Below the pieces are notes generated by a model. The model was not told the DNA's origin. It did not search any database and worked only from the letters and a program-made list of their open reading frames with translations. 64,000 nucleotides of DNA, taken from NCBI RefSeq assembly GCF_963921235.1, contig NC_086109.1:26538001-26602000 (forward strand). Direction: 5' to 3'. Within the stretch, counting starts at the first letter, position 1; every line of letters begins with the position of its first letter. Source of the stretch: Mobula hypostoma (lineage: Eukaryota). The translations under genes were made by a program, and so were the position numbers. Of the stretch, positions 51,257 through 61,820 are shown piece by piece.

Positions 51257-51478
51257 CAACACACATAAAAGTTGCTGGTGAACGCAGCAGGCCAGGCAGC
51301 ATCTCTAGGAAGAGGTGCAGTCGACGTTTCAGGCCGAGAACTGTTAGTCCTGACGAAGGGTCTTGGCCTGAAACGTCGACTGCACCTCTTCCTAGAAATG
51401 CTGCCTGGCCTGCTGCGTTCACCAGCAACTTTTATGTGTGTTGCTTGAATTTCCAGCATCTGCAGAATTTCTGATGTT
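51257..51478 (+). mobile_element. Young Penelope-derived fold-back element with 12-bp TSD
   Basis: TSD TACATGTCACAG at 51245-51256 and 51479-51490; 85-bp inverted arms (51255-51339 and 51361-51445, 2 mismatches). Confidence 0.9.
51346..51381 (+). ncRNA. Minimal type-I hammerhead ribozyme, all core nucleotides intact
   Basis: Stem I AGTC/GACT, CTGACGA, stem II (A)GGGT-CTTG-GCCT, GAAA, palindromic ACGT stem III, GTC triplet (predicted cleavage 3' of C51377). Confidence 0.82.
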
Positions 51479-52389
51479 TACATGTCACAGGATTTTTTGG
51501 GGGGTAATGCACAGGTAAATCGGATCTCTTCGCAGAACATCGGGTCGAAAACGATTCCCGACGTCTTACGAATGTTGCCTTGCGCGAGGATATCCAGTTG
51601 TTTGATCTGGAGGTGACAGTGTTTGCTCTGCGTTTAGTTCTGATCTTTACCCTTCGATTTTCGTTCTTCTGCGGCGACAGGAAAGAACGTAGCAACGAAC
51701 TACAGTATTTCTGTAATTAGTCTTGTAAATATACGAACTCATAATTCCAAATTGGTGTAACGTTTTAATGTGGAATACAAATAGAAGCCAAATGGGGGAT
51801 TTAGTGTGTAAATCCATTCGCATGCGAGGAATAAGGTTGAATCCACATGATCCTCTGTAACACAATCGATGTTTTGAAAGAGCCAACGCTCCATGCACTG
51901 ACTGCATTTCCGTCAGCTTTTAGGTTGCTGCGCAGAAGTGGCGCCAGAGGCTTTGTAGGCTTGCTTGCATTCAGTGATGTATGATGCACAATACGCCAGT
52001 TCTATTATCAGCCTTGCTTCGTTCAAGATTTAGCTGTAATTATCACATGCACAAGGAAACAGAAATGAGATAAATCTGATAAGTCTTAATCTTGAACGAA
52101 GCAAGGCGAGAGTTATTGACACACCTGGAAACGTGCATCAATCAATAACTCTCGCACTCCCGTTACTGATAACTTGTAGTATAACTTTGCTTGTTTTTAC
52201 ACAAAGTGCGCGGTTAAATTGGTGTGCCGCGTCAGAGATCAGGTGTTGCGGTGCTGATCCGAAGTAGAATCCTGTAAAATATGATGCTAAGTTCATGAGA
52301 TCATAATTTGATCATTTAAATTGCAGTGTTGAATTTAGCAACACATGGATGTCCCAAGGTATTTGGAAGTGGAATCAGGGGTATAAGGT

Positions 52390-52732
52390 TTAGAATATAG
52401 AACATAGCACTGCAGGCCATTCGGCCCACAATGCTGTGCCGATCTTTTAACCTTCTCTAAGATCAATCTAACCCTTATCTCCTACGCTGCCTCCGTTTTT
52501 CTATCATCCACGCGCCGAAGAATTTCTAATGTATCTGCATCTACCACCATCTCCGGCAGAATGTTCCACGCACCTATCGCTCTCTGTGTAAAACAACTTA
52601 CCTCTGAGATACCGCTTTATACTTTTCTCCAATCGCCTTAAAATTGTCCCCCTCGCGTTAGCCATTCCCGCCCTGGGAAAACGTCTCCGACTCTCCACTC
52701 GACCCACGCCCTCCTATCATCTTGAACACCTC
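52390..52732 (-). mobile_element. CR1 3' fragment (CpG-rich)
   Basis: RVESRRRFPRAGMANARG on the minus strand; ATAGAACATAG tail. Confidence 0.75.
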
Positions 52733-53929
52733 ATGAGAGGGAGAGGGAGAGGGAGAGAAAACTAGCTTCTGTAAGACTGTAGTGGTGGATTGGGGCGGTT
52801 TCACGGAGACCAGCTCCACCCCTTCCCCAATAACCAACGTCGAGAACGTCCATTCTCACCGAGATCCGATTATCTATTGTTGGGCCATCTGCTGAGCTCT
52901 GACGCACTGAGACGGCGCTGAGAGGTGAGTCGCGGGGCAGCAGCACCAGAGCTACGACCGCCCGTGACCTCTGCCTGCCGCGCGCTGCCTGCTTGTTTAT
53001 TTTACAATGATCTATTTTACAAGCCCAGGTCCTTATCTTCGTTTTACTTGACTTCCAACAACAGGTGCGTAGTCAGCGCTTGGTTTCTGCAGGTGCACCG
53101 GTAGAATTTACCCTGATCTATGTCTAATGGAGCTTTTTTTGACAATTGAAACCACGGCGACCTGCGGTCTAGGAAACTAGTAACGCTAATTTGAAGTTAA
53201 AAAAAATCAGTTCATTTGATGGTGGCAACGCTCAATTAGACAGGGATAGAAGGGCAATATTTTAATTTTTCTGTTAAGCAGGGATACCATTTCAGTTTGG
53301 ATTTTTTTTACGGTCAACCCCATAACACAAACATCCCGCTTTCTGATCCCGTTCTGCGCACTCGGGTCTCAGCTTCCTTTATTTAGCGTCATTACACTTC
53401 GTGCCACTCCCTGCTGAAAGAGAGATGGGGATTAACAAAGTGCATTGCGTCTTCTAAGAAACACATTTCAACGGCAGATCAAACAGGCGTTGAAAATTCC
53501 CCAACCCAAAAGTAACTGTACTAACGTGTTTCTTCCGCGCCCGCCGTCATCCAGCTGTCTGCAGTGTAAACAATGGGCACACTCTGCTGAAACTCAGAAC
53601 CATTTGAAATATTTGATTCATTTTTTTACGCTAAGCTGATAGGTGACGCCGTGAAACTTAGCCGTTTCTCCGTCTGGGATTTGTCAAGGAGTGCGTTGAG
53701 TCTTTTTGTACATTTCCATAAGGACTATAAAATCACTGGGGGGAAAACTTGTTTACGAAGCCAAGTGTATCTCCAATTTACCATTAGCTTTAAGAGGTTA
53801 CAGCGAAATACACCGTAGTTATCTGAGAATGGAGTTTAACAGTATTAAAGCTCTTGCTAGTTAGTAGTAACCTTAAGACTGTGACTAGTGAACTTAAACC
53901 ATCTACTTGTCTTCTATCTGCTCTTCATT

Positions 53930-54251
53930 CAGCCGGACTGCAATCAACCCGGAATACAATACGGAGGAAGGACACAGCCCCTTTAAGCGCTGTAGTGTGC
54001 GCTCTCTCAGCTGAATTCGCCTTGTTTGAGCAGGTTTATGCTAATTGAAACCCCCGCCAGGGAGCAGACGGAGCCATTTTGTGCGATCGTTTAACACAAA
54101 CGGGGCCGAGGAGTGTTGCCGTGGGGACGGGACGATGTGCCGGTCGGGAGACATTGGGAAACAGGAGAACGGGAAAGCGCCGCGACTGCATTAAGGGAGA
54201 GCTGAAGGAGCAGGAGGCAAGTTTGATGGGGCAGCCGCCGCCGCGGTGGAG
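53930..54251 (+). promoter_or_regulatory. CELSR2 proximal promoter / 5' UTR CpG island
   Basis: CpG-rich. YY1-like GCCATTTT 54073-54080, X-box-like GTTGCCGTGGGGAC 54115-54128, octamer-like ATGCTAAT near 54038. Confidence 0.55.
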
Positions 54252-57200
54252 ATGGGACAGCGTTACATTGAAGCGAGAATGGAGGTAACCGTGCTCCACT
54301 GGACCTTGGTGACCTGCCTGCTCCTCCATGCGCCTTTGTTGGACTGCGTTACTGTCCACCTCTCCGAGCTTTCCGAGCCGGGCACTGTGGTGGCGGGTCT
54401 ACGCGCAGGTCGGGGCTGTGTGATCTACCGGCTCTCCGCGCCGAAATTTATCTGGAGCTATTTGGAAACTGACCGGACCGCGGGCACGGTGCGGCTGTCC
54501 CGGAGCCTGCTGTGCAGCGCCTTGTCCACGAACCCATTCCCCATTCGCCTGATTGCACGGTGTCCCGGCGGGGGCTCGGGACGATCCTTGGACTTCACTT
54601 CCATCTCCAGCCGCCTGGACCTCCATGTCCACGGTCCCCATTGCTTCAGCAAGCACCGGCGGAAGGAGCGGCGCGGTGTAGGCGCAGATGTGGAGGTGGT
54701 GGTTCTCCAAAATTCTCCCTGCCTCGCCGCCGGACGACCGCTGTTGGCCCTCCAGGACCTGCTTCCTGCTTCCAGGCAACCCTGCGACCCCTTGCGCTGT
54801 CAGCTGGCCGGCAGCCCCTTTCTTCTGTCCCGGGACGGGCAGCTGAGGACCCGGGAGAGGATTTGCCTGGAGGGGAAGATGTCCATTCGGGGTCACGTCC
54901 TCTGCCCCAAGTGTGCAACGGAAGGGGGAAGCGCCTTGGGAAATGTCACCATAGAACTGAGAGTGGGAGACGAATCTTCCCGAGGGAGTCCCTTCAAGCA
55001 ATTGGTGCTGGGCCGAGACCGAGATAGCATGAGGAGGTCGAAAAGGAACGTAAACACAAGCCCTCAGTTCCAGCCCCCGATCTACCAGGTTTCAGTCCCA
55101 GAGAACATGCCCCCGGGTACCAGGGTGATCTCTGTCCGGGCGGTGGATCCCGACGAGGGGGACGCTGGACGGGTGGAGTATTCCATGGATGCCCTCTTCG
55201 ACAGCAGGTCCAACAGCCTGTTTGTCATCGAGTCCGCAACTGGGGTGGTGACCACGGCGGAGAGCCTGGATCGGGAGACCAAGGACACCCATGTGTTCAG
55301 GGTCACCGGGGTGGACCACGGCACCCCCAGGCGCACCGCTATGGCCACTCTGACTGTCACCGTCAGCGACTCCAACGACCACGACCCGCTCTTTGAGCAG
55401 CAGGAGTACAAGGAGAGCGTGAGGGAGAACCTGGAGATCGGCTACGAGGTGCTGACGGTGCGGGCCACTGATGGAGATGCCCCGCCTAACGCCAACATCT
55501 TGTACCAGATTCTCAACGGCCAGGGGCAGAACGCCGTGTTCGAAATTGACCCCAGGTCTGGGGTGATGAGGACAAGAGGACCAGTGGACAGAGAGATGGT
55601 GGAGTACTACCAGCTATTGGTGGAAGCCAACGATCAAGGGAGGAACCCTGGTCCACGCAGCTCCACTGCAACAGTGCACATAACGGTGGAAGATGACAAC
55701 GATAACACCCCCCAGTTCAGTGAGAAGAGGTACATCATCCAGGTTCTGGAAGACATTGCTCCCAACACCAAGGTTCTTCAGGTCACTGCCTCTGACCGTG
55801 ACAAGGGTAACAATGCAGTCGTCCATTACAGCATTATGAGTGGCAACACTCGGGGCCAGTTTTACATTGACGCCCAAACTGGCAGCATCGATGTTGTGAG
55901 CCATTTGGACTATGAGACCAACAAGGAGTACACCCTCCGAATCAGGGCGCAAGATGGTGGGAGGCCTCCACTGTCAAACATCACTGGCTTAGTGACCGTG
56001 CAGGTGGTGGATGTGAACGACAATGCTCCCATATTCGTCAGCACCCCCTTCCAGTCCACAGTTCTGGAGAATGTGCCGATAGGTTACTCAGTTCTTCATG
56101 TGCAGGCAATCGATGCGGACTCGGGGAACAACTCTCGTTTGGAATACAGGTTAATAAACACGTCTCCGGATTTCCCGTTCTCCATCAACAACAACACCGG
56201 ATGGATTGTGGTCAGTTCAGAACTGGACAGGGAGATGACAGACTTCTACAGGTTTGGCGTGGAAGCGAGGGATCAGGGATCACCCCCAATGTCCTCGTCG
56301 GCCAGCATCAGCATCACGGTGCTGGATGTAAATGACAACAACCCTGAATTTACGCAGAAACTATATCAAATAAGACTGAATGAAGATGCTGCGGTGGGGT
56401 CCAGCGTGGTGACTGTATCTGCAATTGACAGAGATGTCAACAGTGTAGTTACCTATCAGATCTCAAATGGTAATACCCGAAACCGCTTTTCCATAACCAG
56501 CCAGAGTGGAGGCGGTTTGATAACTCTAGCCTTGCCTTTGGACTACAAACTGGAGCGACAGTACATCCTAACAGTGACAGCCAGCGATGGGACACGATTT
56601 GACACAGTTCAGGTGTTCATTAATGTAACAGATGCCAACACACACAGGCCAGTATTTCAGAGTTCCCATTACACCGTTAACATCAATGAAGACAAACCTG
56701 TTGGCACAACAGTAGTCATTATAAGTGCAACTGATGAAGACACTGGTGAAAATGCTAGAATTACATATTTCATGGAAGACAGTATACCTCAGTTTAAAAT
56801 AGAGCCTGATTTAGGTGCTGTTACAACATTAATGGATCTTGATTATGAAGACCAAGTTTCATACACGTTGGCAATTACCGCAAAAGACAATGGAATTCCT
56901 CAGAAGTCTGACACCACTTACCTTGAAATTCTAGTTAATGATGTAAATGACAATTCCCCCCAGTTCCTGAGAGATCATTATCAAGGGTCTGTTTATGAGG
57001 ATGTCCCCACATTCACGAGTGTCCTTCAGATTTCTGCAACTGACCGCGATTCTGGATTGAACGGTCGAGTCTTTTATACGTTCCAAGGAGGGGACGATGG
57101 AGATGGAGACTTCATTATTGAAACCACCTCTGGTATTGTTCGAACCCTACGCCGACTGGACAGGGAAAACGTTCAAGTCTACAATCTGAAAGCCTTTGCT

Positions 57201-57831
57201 GTGGATAAAGGTATACCCGCAATGAGGACCCCGATCGACATCCAGATTGTAGTCTTGGATGTCAATGACAACCCTCCAGTTTTCGAAAAAGATGAGTTTG
57301 ATATCTTTGTGGATGAAAATAGCCCAATAGGACTAGTGGTGTCCCGTATCACTGCCACAGACCCAGATGAAGGTACAAATGCTCAAATCATGTATCAGAT
57401 TGTGGAGGGAAACATTCCTGAAGTTTTTCAGCTGGATATTTTTTCTGGAGAGCTAACTGCTCTTATGGATTTGGATTATGAATCTAAATCAGAGTATATC
57501 ATTGTTGTCCAAGCTACATCAGCACCTCTTGTCAGCAGAGCCACGGTACATATTCGTCTTTTGGATAAGAATGACAATGTACCTGTGTTGAAAAATTTTG
57601 AAATCATTTTCAATAACTATGTCACTAACAAATCCAGCAGTTTTCCGACTGGGATAATTGGCAGAATTCCAGCTCATGACCCAGATGTCTCTGACAGTCT
57701 TTATTACAAATTTGACCACGGAAATGAATTAAATCTGGTCATTCTCAATCAGACCACAGGGGAATTAAGCTTGAGTCATGCTCTGGACAACAACAGACCA
57801 CTTGAAGCAACCATGAGAGTTTCTGTGTCAG
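54252..57831 (+). CDS. CELSR2: Cadherin EGF LAG seven-pass G-type receptor 2, exon 1 (signal peptide, prodomain, cadherin repeats)
   Basis: RRSKRNVNTSPQFQPP...DALFDSRSN...EQQEYKESVRENLEIGYEVL matches CELSR2; repeated DxNDN/LDYE/LDRE motifs; donor G|gtaag at 57832; SARS1-CELSR2 synteny as in human. Start is ATG 54252 or 54279. Gene continues beyond the window. Confidence 0.95.
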
Positions 57832-58244
57832 GTAAGGTGACTTGGAGTTTATCTTTGTTAAACCTGGGTTAGAATTACAGCAACTGTTTGCAAAGTCCTA
57901 TCGTAAATATTGAGTGAAAAAGAGAATGTAGAAAAGAAAATGCTTTTGTATCCTGAGTTGGTTACCTTCTTGCATTCCTATTGTTTTGGATAAAATTATG
58001 AACAAGTATAACCTTCAGACCATCAATTCACATTGCGGAGAAAGTCCTGCAAATTTCATTGCATTACCAAGTATTGTATGTTTCTCAAACTACAAAACAG
58101 TATTATTTTTAATGCTACTCTTCTTGTTAAGGCACACAGAATCCAACAACATTGACATTTATATAGCACCTTCATTATAAAGTAATATCTCAAAGTAATT
58201 CACAGTTACACAATTAAAAATAAATTAATGCCTTAAACACAATG

Positions 58245-58500
58245 TTTAATACTAGACTGCATGCATTTAAGGTGAAAAAGGAAACATTCAAAGGAGATGT
58301 GTGAGCAAGTGGTGGTTGTCTGGAATGCGCTGCCAGGAGTGGTGGTGGTTGTGGATATGTAGAGGCTCTTAGTAGCCACATGAATAGTAGGGATCGGAGG
58401 GATATGGGCAATGTGCATGCAAAATGGATTTAGGTGTCATTAGTGCAACATTAAGAGATGAAGGACATGTTTCTGTACAGTATTGTTCTTTGTTCTATTG
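58245..58500 (+). mobile_element. CR1 3' fragment
   Basis: GTGGTGGTTGTCTGGAATGCGCTGCCAGG...TGTTCTTTGTTCTA. Confidence 0.65.
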
Positions 58501-60679
58501 CAGCAGACTGTTTAAGTAGAAATCAACTTGTCAATAACTTTTATTTATTTGGTTATAAATACTTTGCTTAAATTTTATATTCTGCCTTTGGCCATCACTG
58601 GGTGGCTTTCTGTGGTGTAGATTTGTTGTGTTGTTATTACCATTTATTAAATTGGTGGAATATAGGCCATTCAAGTCCAAGTGTAGTTTACCCTTGATTT
58701 TGAATAGACTTTTGACTGTAGTTGTACATTGTTTCTTCCATACTGTGCAGCACTCCTTGAATTGAGACAAATGATACAGCAGTTAGTTTGCTCCTTTCAT
58801 TCAAGTATCACTTGTGTGCAGGGGGACACTCCTGAGTGTCTCTGCTGTTGAAATAAGTTGGTGAAATCTGGTACATTACAATCCTATCTAACAAAACAAA
58901 AATACTTCTAGACAATACCCTAGAGAGAGTATTAGAAATATATTTTGTCTGTTACATTAAAAAAAAACCCGGTTAAGAATAATTGTGATTAAATACAGGT
59001 CTTACATTTTTGAACAGTTAAATATTAAAATAATATATTTCAGATTACGTATAAATGCAAAACCTTTAATATCTACAAATCAGTTTCTTGTAATTGCATT
59101 TTATATGATATATGAATTCCAATTATTACAATTTTTATTACAAAATTTATCAAACTTTTATCCTGAATACTGTAATGATCTCATTACTTTTTGCTAGCAC
59201 TTGTATTCCCAGTTCTTTCCTACTGGCATCTCAAAAAAGTTGCAACAGTATGTGAACTTTGCCCATTATAACCACCGTGAGTTTTTCTTCTTGAAAATTT
59301 AAGCAAGTGTATGCTTTGTCCTCCCTAACATGGGTTGATAAGAAGACAATATTTTGAAGTTTATAGTGTCAGGGTGAATTATTCTGTTAAAAATCAATCA
59401 CAGATAGTAGTAGTGGAGATGAGGAACTTATCACGTGGGTGGACTGGCACTTCAGCAAGGATCTACTTTATTTGCCATATACATTAACATGTATTAGGAA
59501 TTTGCTATGGCCTGTTGGACGAGGCATGACATACAACAAATAAACAACAACATTTAACTAAATAATTATAATTTACAATTATAAAGAATTATATAAAAAT
59601 AAAGTTAGTTAAAGGATGGCTATGAAATAAAATGTGCATAAATACACAATACCAACATGTATTTACTATGTAACCAACGTTATTAAGAAGGGGTTTAAAA
59701 TGCAGTACTGCGATGGGCTAACTGGAATGGTTGATCAGATTAACTAATTAGTATTTATATGTGACCATAGATATAAAGGCTTCATTTAAATTGAAAAATA
59801 CTATCAATGAATATACTTAAAATGAGTAATTAGTAACCTTGGTAAGCTTACATTAAAAAATAAATTAGAACCTTGAAACAATTGTTATTCCAAATTTATT
59901 TCTGTTTGCCCTTATTTAGGAGAGGATCACTTCTAAGTAAAACTGTCCCTGATGCTACCCCCTTTATGGCAAAGAAATGTTTAAAAATGTCAATTTCAAT
60001 AAACTTACATATTTTAATGTATTATCATTATTACATGCTTACAAGTATCATTTGGAAATCCATTGCTTTCTGCTGGCACAAATGAGTTCTTACCTGCACC
60101 AAGGAAGGCTATTATGTCTCAGTGAAACAGTGGTAAATGTATGTATACATTTATGAGAAAGGATTATGTTGCATTTCCCCTCATTAAAAAAACTAGTTAT
60201 GATACAATCATCTGATGCAAATATTTGAGTATACTTTTGGCAACTGTGGATGGAATCTGTAAGTCCTTTTAATTGCAAGGAATGAAAAAGTTTATATTTT
60301 AATGGGTGATTGTTCATTTGATATTATATTTCAATGAGTTTACTACTTAAGATAGTAATGACACCCACCCTTGAACATATATAATTCAAGATTACTGTGT
60401 TGGGAATGGATTTAAGTTTATCTTTGTAAATATTTGGAAATTTTCTAAAATTGTACATTCATATTTTGGCTACAGGTCTTGTTGAAAATGTCATATAAAT
60501 TATAAGCTGTGACTTAATTCTGGTGCTATATCCTTGATGACTGACAGTCACTATTTATGTAATTAAACAGATGGTGAGCATCCATTTAAAATTGCATTTG
60601 TTACAATTAATTCAAGTCATTTAAAAGCTGTAATTAATTTTACTTTCTCCTCGCAGTGAAACTTGGACAGTAGCATGGT

Positions 60680-61820
60680 GAGGCAAATGTTCCATGGTCT
60701 TACAGGAAAGATACTCACGTGGGTAGAAGATTGGCTGACTGCCAGGAGGCAAAGAGTGGGAATAAAAGGGGGGCTTTTCAGGTTGGCCACTGGTAACTAA
60801 TCGTGTTCTGCAGGAGTCGATATTGGGACCACTTCTTTTCATGATACAGGTCAATGATTTGGGTGATGGAATTGATGGCTTTGTAGCCAAGTTTGCAACT
60901 GCTACAAAGATAGCTGGAGGGGCAGGTAGTGTTGCAGAAGCAGAGAGGCTGAAAAAGGACTTAGACATTGGGAGACTGGCAGAGAAGTGGCAGATGGAAT
61001 ATAGTGTAGGGAAGTGTATGATCATGTACTTTGGTAGATGGAATAAAAGTACAAGCTATTTTCTAAATGAGGATAAAATTCCAAAATCAGAGGTGCAAAG
61101 GAGGTGCAAAGGAGGTTCTTGTGCAGGATTCCTTAAAGGTTAACTTGCAGCATAAGTCAGTGGTAAGTAAGGCAAATGCAATGTTAGCATTCATTTCAAG
61201 AGGACTGGAATATAAAAGCAAGGATGTGATGCTGAAGCTTTATAAGGTGTTGGTCAGACAGCACTTGGAGTATTGTGAGGAGTTTTGGACCCATTATCTA
61301 AGAAAAGGTGCGCTGGCATTGGAGAGGGTTCAGAGGAGGTTTGTGAGAATGGTTCCGGGAATGAAAGGGATAATGTATGAAGAATGTTTGATGGCGCTGG
61401 GCCTGTCCTCACTGCAGTTTAGTAGAATGAGGGGGGATCTCATTGAAACCTATCGAATATTGAAAGACCTAAGTAGAGTGGATATGAAGAGGATTTTCCC
61501 ACAGTGGGGGAGTCTAGGACCGGAAGTCACTACCTCAGAAGAGAGGGATTTCCATTTAGAACAGAGATGAGGAGGAATTTCCTTAGCCAGAGGGCAGTGA
61601 ATCTGTGGAATTCATTGCCACGGATGGCTGTGGAGGCCAAGTCATTGAGTATATGTAAAGGCAGAGGCTGATAGGTTCTTGATTATTCAGGGCATCAACG
61701 GTTATAGGGAGAAGGCAGGAGAGTGGTGTTAGAGGGATAATAAATCGGCCATGATGGAATGGTGGAGCAGTCTTAATGGGCAGGGTAGCATAATTCTGTT
61801 CATGTGTCTTACGGTCTTCA
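60680..61820 (+). mobile_element. CR1 LINE 3' part (CELSR2 intron 1)
   Basis: GPLLFMIQVNDL...AKFATATK...LVRQHLEYCEEFW...RMRGDLIETY. Confidence 0.88.

Noticed and set aside
54246..54251. ORF-track start of CELSR2 at 54246
   Set aside because: That codon is GTG; ATG 54252 or 54279 (followed by a signal peptide) is more plausible.
54399..55952. Antisense and alternative-frame ORFs within CELSR2 exon 1
   Set aside because: Expected shadows of a GC-rich coding exon; no recognisable domains.
57832..57872. ORF-track C-terminus GKVTWSLSLLNLG* as a secreted cadherin-only protein
   Set aside because: It is read-through past a consensus donor (G|gtaagg) at the position where CELSR exon 1 normally ends; no evidence for intronic termination.
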